Shown here in pieces: positions 38,226 through 52,001 of a stretch of 64,000 nucleotides of DNA. Position numbers and translations under genes: made by a program. The stretch's first letter is position 1. Every line of letters starts with the position of its first letter. The notes under the pieces were generated by a model. That model did not search any database and had not been told where the DNA came from. It saw only the letters and a program-made list of their open reading frames with translations. The DNA is from Eledone cirrhosa. Its lineage: Eukaryota. The stretch covers positions 27,342,001 through 27,406,000 of the forward strand of contig OZ024763.1 in assembly GCA_964016885.1 (NCBI GenBank), given 5' to 3'.

Positions 38226-38369
38226 ATTTTACAGAAAAATAGAGTAAACAATATGAATAACAATAACAAAGTAACAAGAAAAATACAAGAAAAATTCCCC
38301 AATAGCAACGAAAAAAGAAAACGAAAGAGAAAAAACAACAATAACAATAAAAATGTCTGCAATGACGAG

Positions 38370-39820
38370 TGTTACAACAACAACAACAACAACAACAACA
38401 GCAGCAATTGCAATAGCAATAGCAATAACTCGAGTTACAACAACAACAACAACAACAACAACAACAGGAGCTACAACAACAACACTAACAACAACAACAG
38501 GAGCTACAACAACACTAACAACAACAACAGGAGCTACAACAACAACACTAACAACAGGAGCTACAACAACAACACTAACAACAACAACATGAGCTACAAC
38601 AACAACACTAACAACAACAACAGGAGCTACAACAACAACACTAACAACAACAACAGGAGCTACAACAACAACACTAACAACAACAACAACAGGCGTTACA
38701 ACAACACTAACAACAACAACAACAGGAGCTACAACAACAACAGGCGCTACAACAACACTAACAACAACAGGAGCTACAACAACAACAGGAGCTACAACAA
38801 CAACAACAACAGGAGCTACAACAACAACAACAGGAGCTACAACAACAACAGGAGCTACAACAACAACAGGAGCTACAACAACAGCAGTAACAACAACAAC
38901 AACAACAGCAACACCACGATCAACAACTACAGTATCAGCAGCAGTAACAACAACAACAACACTAACAGTAGCAAGAAGACCATCACCACGGCGACCACCA
39001 CCACCAACACCGCTATCACCACCACCACCACCACCACACCACCAACACCGCTATCACCACCACCACCAACACCGCTATCACCACCACCACCACCAACAAC
39101 ACCGCTATCACCACCATACCACCACCACCACCACACCACCACCAACAACAACACCGCTATCACCACCATACCACCACCACCACACCACCATACCACCACC
39201 ACCACCACCACACCACCACCACCACCAACACCGCTATCACCACCATACCACCACCACCACCACCGCTATCACCACCACCACCACCAACACCGCTATCACC
39301 ACCATACCACCACCACCACACCACCACCATCACTACCACCAACACCGCTATCACCACCATACCACCACCACCACCACCACCACACCACCACCATCACTAC
39401 CACCAACACCGCTATCACCACCATACCACCACCACCACACCACCACCATCACTACCACCAACACCGCTATCACCACCATACCACCACCACCAACACCGCT
39501 ATCACCACCACCACCACCAACAACGTCATCATCACCTCCATTAACAACAACAACAGCAACAACAACAACAACAACCACACCACCATCTCAACCACCGCCG
39601 CCATCACCAACCACACCACCACAATTACCACCACCACTACACCACTACACCACCACCACCACCACCAGCAACCACCACAACCACTACACCACCACTACCA
39701 CTACACCACCACCACCACTACACCACCACCAGCACTACACCACCACCACCACCACCACTACATACGTTTACATACACACAACACACACACACTAACACAC
39801 ACACACTAACACACACACAT
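38370..39820. repeat. (AAC)n then (ACC)n compound trinucleotide tract
   Basis: Direct inspection; explains the 518-aa poly-N/T/P/H ORF. Confidence 0.93.
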
Positions 39821-39989
39821 AAGCACTTTACGATCTCCAGTAATACCCGAAATAAGATTAAGTCCGTTACTTACATTACTATCTTGGAAGGGATCTTCTA
39901 TGAACACTAAATCCTCCCTTATGCACCTTTAAATTCTCTTCTCCCGATTTAAATACCCTTAAAAACCTAATGATTCACCATTCAGTAAT

Positions 39990-40848
39990 CAGTTGGCGTG
40001 AAAGCCAAACTCGCTATCTTCAATTCGGTTTTCGTGTCAACCCTTACCTATGGCCCTGAATCTTGGGTAATAACCGAAAGAATACGATCGCGAATACAAG
40101 CGGCTGAAATAGGGTTCCTACAAAGGGTCTTTGGAGTAATGTTACTCGATAGAGTGTGTAGCTCAGAGATGAGGGAGTCATTCCATGTAGAGCCGCTGCT
40201 TCTCCGAATTGAGAGATCACAGTTCTGATATTATGGGCAAATGTCTCAGGAAAGAATCGCTGGACAGATTTGTAGCTCGGAGATCAGAGAGTCACTCCAG
40301 GTAGAGCCACTGTTTCTCCAAATTGAGAGATCACAGCTCTGATACTATGGGCATGTGGTTAGAATGTATCAGGAAAGAATCACTGGACAGATTTGTAACT
40401 CGGAGATCAGAGAGTCACTCCTGGTTGAGCTGCTACTTCTCCCAGTTGAGAGATCACAGCTCCGATACTATGGGCATGTGGTTAGAATGTATCAGGAAAG
40501 AATCACTGGACAGATTTGTAACTCGGAGATCAGAGAGTCACTCCTGGTTGAGCTGCTACTTCTCCCAATTGAGAGATCACAGCTCTGATACTATGGGCAT
40601 GTGGTTAGAATGTCTCAGGAAAGAATCGCTGGACAGATTTTAAGGGCAAAACAAAACCGCTAGGAGACCCGAGAGTCGACCCCAAGCAAGATGATTGGAT
40701 AATATTAATGAGCTTGGCTGGTCACCCTTGGAGATTCAGCTGGATCAGTTGGAGAGGGTTGCTTCTGACAAGACCCGCTGGGAGGAGTGATTGAAGATTC
40801 TGCCCCCCCCCCCGATCCTCAGGAATAAGGGGCGAAGAAGAAGAAAGA
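39990..40848 (+). mobile_element. RTE-clade LINE 3' fragment (degenerate, internal ~120-bp triplication); related end at 7420-7592
   Basis: KAKLAIFNSVFVSTLTYGPESW..RSRIQAAEIGFLQRV..RIERSQLRYYGHVVRM; (GAA)n tail. Confidence 0.85.
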
Positions 40849-43800
40849 TGTGTGACAGAAACGACAAGAATGGAAGCGGAGATCGAGTCACTTCACGTCG
40901 CAATTGTTAATTATGAATAGTTAATAATAATAACTTTATTAATATTTTAACAAAATGGAAAAGGCAAGGGCTGCAAGGTCAGAGATGAATAGATGGGGAG
41001 GGTGATGGGCTCTGGGCTTACGGCACGTTTGTGTTGGGGCTGTTTCTCCAAATTTTGCGGAGAAAAATTGACTGTGCGGTGACCATGGGCACAAGAGGTT
41101 TTGATAGTTCCCAGTACAATGGGGAAACACCTTCTCTATTCTGTCTACCGGGTGGCTAACGCGTGGGCCCACATTTACTTATAATAGTGAGAGATGGGGA
41201 GAGCGAGAGAGACAGAGACAGTGAGTGAAAGAGAGAGAATATCAACACTTATTTAATTATTTATAATTAAACCACAAAAAATAGGAAAATATTTATTAAA
41301 TTTCAAGGGAGGCAACCTATTGCTTTTACTAATAAGGAAGGAACTCATGTATTTTAGAAAAAAGAAACAAACAATATTTTCAAGGGAAACAAATCTTATA
41401 TATTCCAAGGGAAATAACTTCTAAAAATAAATATAATTTACATATCCGAATCCGAGGAAAAATAGAAATTAGTTATCGAACGAATGTGTTGGCATGTATA
41501 TTTTAGTTAACACATCATGTGTTCAAATCCCACTGGAAATTCCCTCTTCTATATTATTAGTTGGAATGGTGTTTCTGTTATTGTAATAACTCATATCTTT
41601 ATATGTATCTTTAGGCTCTCATTTTCAAAGATGGTTTCTCTGGAGTTTGAATAAAAATGGCTCCAGTCATTCTGCTATGGTGGAAGTCTCTCTGCCATGG
41701 CGGACGTTTTTTTTCTACCGTGGAGGTCTTTCTGCCATGCTGTAGGGTTTTCTGTTATAGTGGAGGTCTTACTGCCATGCTGGAAGTGTTTCTGTTATAG
41801 TGGAAGTCTTCCTGGCATGCTGGAGGTTTTTCTGTTATACTGGAGCTTTTACTGCCATGCTGGAGGCTTTTTTGCTTTAGTAGTCGTTTTTCTGCTATAG
41901 AGGAGGTCTTTCTGCCATGCTGGAGGGTTTTCCTGTTATAGTGGAGGTCTTACTGCCATGCTGGAGGTTTTCCTGTTATAGTGGAGGTCTTCCAGCCATG
42001 CTGGAGGTTTTCCTGTTATAGTGGAGATCTTTCTGCCATGCTGCAGGTTTTACTGCTATAGTGGAGGTCTTACTGCCCTGCTGGAGGGTTTTCCTGTTAT
42101 AGTGGAGGTCTTACTGCCATGCTGGAGGTTTTCCTGTTATAGTGGAGGTCTTCCAGCCATGTTGGAGGTTTTCCTGTTTTAGTGGATGCCTTACTGCCAT
42201 GCTGGAGGTTTTTCTGTTATAGTGGATGTCTTTCTGCCATGCTGGAGGTTTTACTGCTATAGTGGAGGTCTTACTGCCATGTTGGAGGTTTTTCTGTTAT
42301 AGTGGAGGTCTTACTGCCATGCTGGAAGTGTTTCTGTTATAGTGGAAGTCTTCCTGGCATGCTGGAGGTTTTTCTGTTATACTGGAGCTTTTACTTCCAT
42401 GCTGGAGGCTTTTTTGCTTTAGTGGTCGTTTTTCTGCTATAGAGGAGGTCTTCCTGCCATGCTGGAGGGTTTTCCTGTTATAGTGGAGGTCTTACTGCCA
42501 TGCTGGAGGTTTTCCTGTTATAGTGGAGGTCTTCCAGCCATGCTGGAGGTTTACCTGTTATAGTGGATGCCTTACTGCCATGCTGGAGGTTTTTCTGTTA
42601 TAGTGGAGATCTTTCTGCCATGCTGGACGTTTTACTGATATAGTGCAAGTCTTACTGCCATGTTGGAGGTTTTTCTGTTATAGTGGAGGTCTTTATGCCA
42701 TGCTGGAGGTTTTTCTGTTATAGTGGATGTCTTCTTGCCATGCTGGAGGTTTTTCTGTTATACTGGAGATCTTTCTGCCATACTGCAGGTTTTACTGCTA
42801 TAGTGGAGGTCTTACTACCCTTCTGGAGGGTTTTCCTGTTATAGTGGAGGTCTTACTGCCATGCTGGAGGTTTTCCTGTTATAGTGGAGGTCTTCCAGCC
42901 ATGTTGGAGGTTTTCCTGTTTTAGTGGATGCCTTACTGCCATGCTGGAGGTTTTTCTGTTATGGTGGAGATCTTTCTGCCATGCTGGAGGTTTTACTGCT
43001 ATAGTGGAGGTCTTACTGCCATGTTGGAGGTTTTTCTGTTATAGTGGAGGTCTTTATGCCATGCTGGAAGTTTTTCTGTTATAGTGGATGTCTTCTTGTC
43101 ATGCTGGAGGTTTTTCTGTTATATTGGCGGTCTTACTGCTACTTTGGAGGTTTTTCTGTTATAGTGGGGGTTGGCCTGCCATACTGGAGGTTTTTCTGTT
43201 ATAGTAGATGTCTTCCTGCCAAGTTGGAGGTTTTTCTGTTATAGTGGAGATCTTTCTCCCATGCTGGAGGCCTATATGTTATAATAGATCTTTTACTGTT
43301 ATCCTGGAGGTTTTTCTGTTATACTAGAGGTCTTGCTGTTATGATGGAGGTCTGTCTGTTTTAGTGTAGGTTTATCTGCTATAGTGGAGGCCTTACTGTT
43401 TTAGTGGAGGCCTGCCTGATATGTTGGAGGCTTTTGTGTTGTTCCTGGAGGTCTCTCTCTCATAGTGGAAGGAGTGTCTGAAGAATCTACCCCACAACCT
43501 TCTCAGGAATAAGGGGCGAAGAAGAAGAAAGATTTGTGACAGAAACGACAAGAATGGAAGCGGAGATCGAGTCACTGCACGTCGCAATTGTTAATTATGA
43601 ATGGTTAATAATAATAACTTTATTAATATTTTAACAAAATGGAAAAGGCAAGGGCTGTAAGGTCAGAGCTGAATAGATGGGGAGGGTGATGGAATCTGGG
43701 CTTACGGCGCGGTTGTGTTGGGGCTGATTCTCCAAATTTTGCTGAGAAAAATTGACTGTGCGGTGTCCATGGGCACAAGAGGTTTTGATAGTTCCCAGTA

Positions 43801-46533
43801 CAATGGGGAAACACCTTCTCTATTCTGTCTACCGGGTGGCTAACGCGTGGGCCCACATTTGCTTATAATAGTGAGAGATGGGGAGAGCGAGAGAGACAGA
43901 GACAGTGAGTGAAAGAGAGAGAATATCAACACTTATTTAATTATTTATAATTAAACCACAAAAAATGGGAAAATATTTATTAAATTTCAAGGGAGGCAAC
44001 CTATTGCTTTTACTAATAGGGATGCAACTCATGTATTTTAGAAAAAAGAAAGAAACAATTTTTTCAAGGGAAACAAATCTTACATATTCCAAGGGAAATA
44101 ACTTCTAAAAATAAATATAATTTACATATCCGAATCCGAAGAAAAAAAGAAATTAGTTATCGAACGAATGTGTTGGCATGTATATTTTAGTTAACAAATC
44201 ATGTGTTCAAATCCCACTGGAAATTCCCTCTTCTATATTATTAGTTGGAATGGTGTTTCTGTTATTGTAATAACTCATATCTTTATATGTATCTTTAGGC
44301 TCTCATTTTCAAAGATGGTTTCTCTGGAGTTTGAATAAAAATGGCTCCAGTCGTTCTGCTATGGTGGAAGTCTCTCTGCCATGGTGGACGTTTTATTTCT
44401 ACCGTCGAGGTCTTTCTACCATGCTGGAGGGTTTTCTGTTATAGTGGAGGTCTTACTGCCATGCTGGAAGTGTTTCTGGCATGCTGGAGGTTTTTCTGTT
44501 ATACTGGAGCGTTTACTGCCATGTTGGAGGCTTTTTTGCTTAGTGGAGGTTTTTCTGCTATAGAGGAGGTCTTCCTGCCATGCTGAAGATTTTTCCTGCC
44601 CTGCTGGAGGATTTTCCTGTTATAGTGGAGGTCTTACTGCCATGCTGGAGGTTTTCCTGTTATAGTGGAGGTCTTACTGCCATGCTGGAGGTTTTCCTGT
44701 TATAGTGGAGGTCTTCCAACCATGCTGGAGGTTTTCCTGTTATAGTGGATGCCTTACTGCCATGCTGGAGGTTTTTTTGTTATAGCGGAGATCTTTCTGC
44801 CATGCTGGAGGTTTTACTGCTGTAGTGGAAGTCTTACTGCCATGTTGGAGGTTTTTCTGTTATAGTGGAGGTTTTTATGCCATGCTGGAGGTTTTTCTGT
44901 TATAGTGGATGTCTTTTTGCCATGCTGGAGGTTTTTCTGTTATAGTGGTGATCTTTCTGCCATGCTGCAGGTTTTACTGCTATAGTGGAGGTCTTACTGC
45001 CCTGCTGGAGGGTTTTTCTGTTATAGTGGAGGTCTTACTGCCATGCTGGAGGTTTTCCTGTTATAGTCGAGGTCTTACTGCCATGCTGGAGGTTTTCCTG
45101 TTATAGTGGAAGTCTTACTGCCATGTTGGAGGTTTTTCTGTTATAGTGGAGGTCTTTATGCCATGCTGGAGGTTTTTCTGTTATAGTGGATGTCTTCTTG
45201 CCATGCTGGAGGTTTTTCTGTTATAGTGGAGATCTTTCTGCCATGCTGCAGGTTTTACTGCTATAGTGGAGGTCTTACTGCCCTGCTGGAGGGTTTTCCT
45301 GTTATAGTGGAGGTCTTACTGCCATGCTGGAGGTTTTCCTGTTATAGTGGAGGTCTTCCAGCCATGCTGGAGGTTTTCCTGTTATAGTGGATGCCTTACT
45401 GCCATGCTGGAGGTTTTTCTGTTATAGTGGAGATCTTTCTGCCATGCTGGAGGTTTTTCTGTTATAGTGGAGGTCTTTATGCCATGCTGGAGGTTTTTCT
45501 GTTATAGTGGATGTCTTCTTGCCATGCTGGAGTTTTTTCTTTTATAGTGGAGATCTTTCTGCCATGCTGGAGGTTTTACTGCTATAGTGGAAGTCTTTAT
45601 GCCATGCTGGAGGTTTTTCTGTTATAGTGGAGATCTTTCTGCCATGCTGGAGGTCTTACTGCCATGCTGGAAGTTTTTCTGTTATAGTGGAGGTCTTCCA
45701 GCCATGCTGGAGGTTTTCCTGTTATAGTGGATGTATTCCTGCCATGCTGGAGGTTTTTCTGTTATAGTGGAGGTCTTTCTGCCATGCTGGAGGGTTTTCT
45801 GTTATAGTGGATGCCTTACTGCCATGCTGGAGTTTTTTCTGTTATAGTGGAAATCTTTCTGCTATGCTGGAGGTTTTACTGCTATAGTGGAGGTCTTACT
45901 GCCATGTTGGAAGTTTTTCTGTTATAGTGGAGGTCTTTATGCCATGCTGGTAGTTTTTCTGTTATAGTGGATGTCTTCTTGCCATGCTGGAGGTTTTACT
46001 GCTATAGTGGAGGTCTTACTGCCATGTTGGAAGTTTTTCTGTTATAGTGGAGGTCTTTATGCCATGCTGGTAGTTTTTCTGTTATAGTGGATGTCTTCTT
46101 GCCATGCTGGAGGTTTTTCTGTTATAGTGAAGGTCTCTCTGCCCTGCTGGAGGTTTTTCTGTTATATTAGCGGCCTTACTGCCATGCTGGAGGTTTTTCT
46201 GTTATAGTGGAGGTCGGCCTGCCATACTGGAGGTTTTTCTGTTATAGTAGATGTCTTCCTGCCAAGTTGGAGGTTTTTCTGTCATAGTGGAGATCTTTCT
46301 CCCATGCTGGAGGCCTATATGTTATAATAGATCTTTTACTGTTATCCTGGAGGTTTTTCTGTTATACTAGAGGTCTTGCTGTTATGATGGAGGTCTGTCT
46401 GTTTTAGTGGAGGTTTATCTGCTATAGTGGAGGCCTTACTGTTTTAGTGGAGGCCTGCCTGATATGATGGAGGCTTTTGTGTTGTTCCTGGAGGTCTTTC
46501 TGTTATAGTGGAGGTCTCTCTCTTATAGTGGAG
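40780..46533. repeat. Tandem segmental duplication (unit 1 ~40780-43466, unit 2 ~43467-46533)
   Basis: The ~900 bp unique part repeats at offset 2684 with high identity; each unit ends in the same diverged minisatellite tail. Confidence 0.92.
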
Positions 46534-47280
46534 GTGTTCCTATTATGGTGGAGGTGTTTATATTATAGTGGATTTGTTACTGCCTTGGTAGAGGTCTTTA
46601 TGCTATGGTGCAGTTTTTATATTATTGTGGATGTCTTCCCGCTGTGATCGAGGTTTTTCTGATATAGTGGATGTCTTTCTGCCATGCTGGAGGCCTATAT
46701 GTTATAATGGAGCTGTTACTGTTATCCCGCAGGTCTCTCTGTCGTAGTGGTTTTTTTCTGTTATAGTGGAGGTCTTACTGTTATAGTGGATGTCTTACTG
46801 TTATAGTGGAAGTCTTCTTGTTATAATGGAAGTCTTTTCTGTTATAGTGTCAGTCTCTCTGTCATTGTGGAGGTTTTTCTGCCGTGGTGGAGGTTTTTTT
46901 TTTACCATGGTGGAGGATTTTTTTTATTGTGGTGAAGGCCGTTCCGTTATAGAGGAGGCCTTTTTTCCTTGATCGAGGTCTTCCTACTTTCAGTTGAAGT
47001 GTTTCTGTTATAGTGGGGATATTTTGCTTTGATGGATATTTTCCTGTTATGGTCGAGTTCTCTCCTCTATTACTGGAGGACTTTCTGTTATTGTGGGGGT
47101 ATCTTTGTGACAATGGTGGTCTCTCTGCCATGGTGAATATCTCATTGCTATTATGGAGGTCTCTCTACCATGGTGGAGGCCTCATTACTATAATGGAGGT
47201 CTCTCTGCGATGGTGAAGGTCTCATTACTATAATGAAGATCTCTGCCATGATGGAGGTCTCACTGCTATGGTGGAAGTGT
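41690..47280. repeat. 20-bp/40-bp dimeric minisatellite arrays (41690-43460 and 44370-47280)
   Basis: Alternating gccatgctggaggtttttct / gttatagtggaggtcttact monomers. Confidence 0.95.
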
Positions 47281-47426
47281 TTCTGATAAATATAAAATAT
47301 TTCCCTCACCTAAGGTATTGAGTTCTTTTTTTTTTGTATTACTTCCTTATTGTGTTACTGTGAACGTGTTTCTTACAAACACACTACAAACTGCATGTCT
47401 CTCTTTATGTCTCACCATCTCTCTCA

Positions 47427-47518
<92 letters not shown>

Positions 47519-47640
47519 CACTGAGTCGTTTGCTTTGTTTGCCTTTTGCACACACATATATATACAGTGTATCCCCCAAAATGTATACACACTTTGATTA
47601 CCTCTATGTTGAAGTATGTATACATTTTTTTGGGGAAACC

Positions 47641-47692
<52 letters not shown>

Positions 47693-48279
47693 GCACTCAT
47701 ACAACATTATATTTCTCTATATATGCACCCCCCCCCACACATATATATATACATATATAATACATATGCACATATAACATACAAATAGATAGATACATAC
47801 ATACATACGTACACACACATACATACATGTATACATAGAAACATACATATTTTACATAGCTACACATATACATACACACATACATACACACATACATAGA
47901 CACATACATACAAACATGCTTACAAACATACATACAAACACACATACATGGATACATACATACACACATACATACATAGATACATGCATACACGCATACA
48001 CACGTAGATACATACACACACACACACATACATACATACACACATACACACATACAAACAAACATACATACATACATACACACACGCCTACACTCCGAGG
48101 GTTTTCACGATCCTTCCAACCCATACCTCAGGAATCACGTCCCCGGCTCACCGCACCGCACCGCCTACCCCACCCCATTTGTATATATATATCATATATA
48201 CAAATATATATATATATTATATATATATTTGTATATATGATATATATATATATGCATATAATATATATATGTATACATA

Positions 48280-48335
<56 letters not shown>

Positions 48336-48441
48336 TATTACACACACACACACACATATATATATCATATATACATATATATATTACACACGCATATATA
48401 TATGTATATATATACATATATATATACATACACACATAGAA

Positions 48442-48488
<47 letters not shown>

Positions 48489-48511
48489 TATACATTATAT
48501 ATATATATTGT

Positions 48512-48579
<68 letters not shown>

Positions 48580-48600
48580 TGTATATATATACATATATAT

Positions 48601-48714
<114 letters not shown>

Positions 48715-48873
48715 GTGTGGTATGGTGTATATATGTATTATATATGGTGTGTAGGTCGATCTCCCTACATTATAAACGTGTGATATTTAAATTGTTTTTA
48801 AATTACCCTATTTTCAAAAGCGTTTCGTTTCGCTAGTTTCAAGCGTTGTTTAATGCATTTTTTTCTTAAACAG

Positions 48874-48951
<78 letters not shown>

Positions 48952-48952
48952 T

Positions 48953-48983
<31 letters not shown>

Positions 48984-49086
48984 AACAGCCGAAAAGCTTC
49001 ACAACAACAACACAAACACTAGCAACATCAATGCCTTTCGTTATCTTTTACAGACATTATATGCTCGCTTTAGTTTCATCCCGTTT

Positions 49087-49241
<155 letters not shown>

Positions 49242-49320
49242 AATTTCTATCTCTCTCTGCCTCTCCCCCACTCCCCCCCTCTCTCTCTATATATATATAT
49301 ATTTATATATATGTATATAC

Positions 49321-49385
<65 letters not shown>

Positions 49386-49431
49386 AGGAAAGTATATACT
49401 TTCGAACGTTCAACTATCTGGCAGATGGGTA

Positions 49432-49476
49432 AACGGTGCTGATGATAGCTAACAAGCTTGAAACTAGTACATCGTT
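49432..49476 (+). ncRNA. Minimal type I hammerhead ribozyme
   Basis: AACGGUG-CUGAUGA-U-AGCU-aaca-AGCU-U-GAAA-CUAG-UA-CAUCGUU: 7-bp stem I, canonical core, palindromic stem III; stem II closed by U.U. Confidence 0.7.
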
Positions 49477-49630
49477 CCTGTGTCAGTGTTGAACAAAAAG
49501 GTGACGTGGTTGCCTTAACACCGTATGGCATAAATTCAGGCTGTTCAGTTTGTTTACAAACGAACAAAGCGACGTTAGCGCCGCTAAACTGATACGTGCA
49601 TATATGTATGTGTACCTGTATGCATATGTA

Positions 49631-49663
<33 letters not shown>

Positions 49664-49807
49664 GTGTATATATGTGCATGCTACTGTACGTCTGTATACA
49701 TATATGTATGTACGTATACATGCATACTTACATTTAAGTAAGTGCCATACTAAGAGTGAGAAATGAAATTTCGTTTTCATTTTGTTTCAATATATATATG
49801 TATATAC

Positions 49808-49926
<119 letters not shown>

Positions 49927-50253
49927 TATATATATATTTATTTATTTATATATTTATGTATTTATTTATCTGTTTCTGTATCCTTCTTTTTCAAAAAAAA
50001 TCGTAGGTGTCCCCCAAAACATGTATACACACTTCAACAGCATTTTAATAAAAGGTGTGTATACAATTTTTAGGGACACCCTGTATATTCCCTAATGTAT
50101 AAATGGCTTTAATATGTTTGTTCGCCGTGTTGATTTATTTTTCGAGCTTCTGTATTTCAATTTGTAAAAGTCTTATCGGCTCCTTTGCATTTGAAATTGT
50201 CGTAATGGTGGTTTCACTGCCTTTTTTCTTTCTTAGAGCTGAGGTCATTTTTC

Positions 50254-50313
<60 letters not shown>

Positions 50314-50619
50314 AGCAAATTGTATATATGCCTGCATGTATGAATATGCATAGGAATGTAAGTACGTTTTTATGTATGTACGTATGTATGTATGTATGTA
50401 TGATGTATGTATGTATGTATGTATGTATGTATGTATGTATGTATGTATGTATGTATGTATGTATGTATTTACGTATGTATGTATGTATGTATGTATGTAT
50501 GTATTTATGTACGTACGTATGTATGTATATATGTTTGTATTTATGTACGTATGTATGTATGTATGTATGTATGTATGTATGTATGTATGTATGTATGTAT
50601 GTACGTACGTATGTATGTT

Positions 50620-51030
50620 ATCTCTGTCTCTTAATTTCGAGTATATTTTTTGACCGGCCACCTTCCTGGTGGCAAGGTTGTAAAAGAAAAGAAATTGTCA
50701 TCCCTTGAATCGCAAGAATGTTTTGCATATTTTGAAGGTGCCAGCTATCGCAGCCATTTGTAGACTATGAATTAGGGAGCTGCGCTTTTTGTCCGCAAAT
50801 CCAAGTTCGGTCATACTTTGGTCCAAGCGGGTTGGTATATAACCCGTAGCACCAATAATGATGGGTATGAAGCTAAAGGTGTATCTTGGATACTGGATTT
50901 GTAAGCTCCTCATCAATGGTCCGTAGATGTCCTCCTTCTCCTGTATTTTTCTGACAACGTTTACATCAAGTGGGCAGCTGATCTCCACAACAGAACACGT
51001 TTTCAATGTGTGGTCCCAAACTACAATATC
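50620..51030 (-). mobile_element. R4/Dong-like non-LTR retrotransposon 3' end (restriction-like endonuclease domain)
   Basis: DIVVWD..CSVVEISCPLD..KEDIY..IPIIIGATG (PD-(D/E)xK-type RLE pattern); (TACA)n on both sides. Confidence 0.8.
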
Positions 51031-51081
51031 ATGTATGTATGTATGTATGTATGTATGTATGTATGTACGTATGTATGTATG

Positions 51082-51482
51082 TCCGGAAAGGAATCCATGT
51101 TGGCCTTCCCGAAGGCCTGACCTGACACGTGAGACCTGTAATAGGGTTTGCCTGAGCATGGCAGGTCTAAAGAGTCACCTGAGAGTGCATAAGAACAGGG
51201 AAGCAGGCACCTGTGGAGCTATAAGTGTTCATCAGAGGACGACATGTGATGTTTGTGGAAGGGTATGCAGGTCGAGTAGTGATCTCACACGATACCTTGG
51301 GTCACATGGTACCATGGGCCCAGCACTAGGTGTCAATAATTGTCACAAAAGTAGTGTTTGTACCAGAGTTTTCAAGTCGCTGGCTGGACTAAAAAGTCAC
51401 ACTCGTTCAGCGCATCAGTAGGGGTTCTCCTACATGGATGTAAAGTAGTGGCCGTACTCGAAAACGAGTTGGCAGCCACCAT
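51082..51482 (+). mobile_element. LINE 3' end with tandem C2H2 zinc fingers (RTE-like); further copies 55824-55970 (-), 56016-56300 (+), 56322-56610 (+)
   Basis: CNRVCLSMAGLKSHLRVH, CDVCGRVC..., [19 protein letters not shown]; copies end at or near GGCAGCCACCAT followed by microsatellite. Confidence 0.7.
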
Positions 51483-52001
51483 GTATGTATGTATGTATGT
51501 ATGTATGTATGTATGTATGTATGTATGTATGTATGTATGTATGTATGTATGTACGAATGTATGTATGTATGTATGTATGTATGTATATGTATGTATATGT
51601 ATGTCAGGTCGCTCACGAGTGCTAATGGTAACATGTAACCCAGTAGAACCTGTCTCATGGCCGGGTTGTTGGCCACTAAACCGGCACCCCACCAAGCTTG
51701 CTTGGTGAGAAGGGTGATATTTGTACACCCTGCAGGATGAAATACAAGATCCGACAAAGGGCGGAGGAACTCAGCAGAGTCAACGGCCATCCAAATAGTA
51801 GTGTTCTTTTTTTGTTTTTTTTACCTGGGAGTGAAAAGCCACCCAGTTGTTGACACAACACTTTTCTAAGAGAGGGAAACTCTGAAAAAAACACTGCGGC
51901 TTCTGGGAGAGTGGGATTGGTCGAGTGCAAGGCCTTTCCCCATTGCTTGTTCAGGATCTGTTACAGGTTCGTGTGGCTGGCCGTAGCCTACAAGTGCACC
52001 A

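Noticed and set aside
37906-38247. GPTYGGQYKTGTV x7 repeat protein
   Set aside because: A 39-bp minisatellite open in several frames on both strands; the ORF starts inside a SINE.
38253-39809. 518-aa poly-N/T/P/H ORF
   Set aside because: Pure trinucleotide repeats with no domain or splice support.
40939-41172. Duplicated 77-aa ORF (also 43623-43856) ending at an AATAAA
   Set aside because: Differences between the copies are mostly non-synonymous (about 7 amino-acid changes versus 1 silent change seen), and the apparent acceptor region recurs at ~33550 as a dispersed repeat. Not fully excluded without RNA data.
50927-51421. Host C2H2 zinc-finger gene
   Set aside because: Fingers are partly degenerate, multi-copy, 5'-truncated at microsatellites and share a fixed 3' end, consistent with a LINE terminus.
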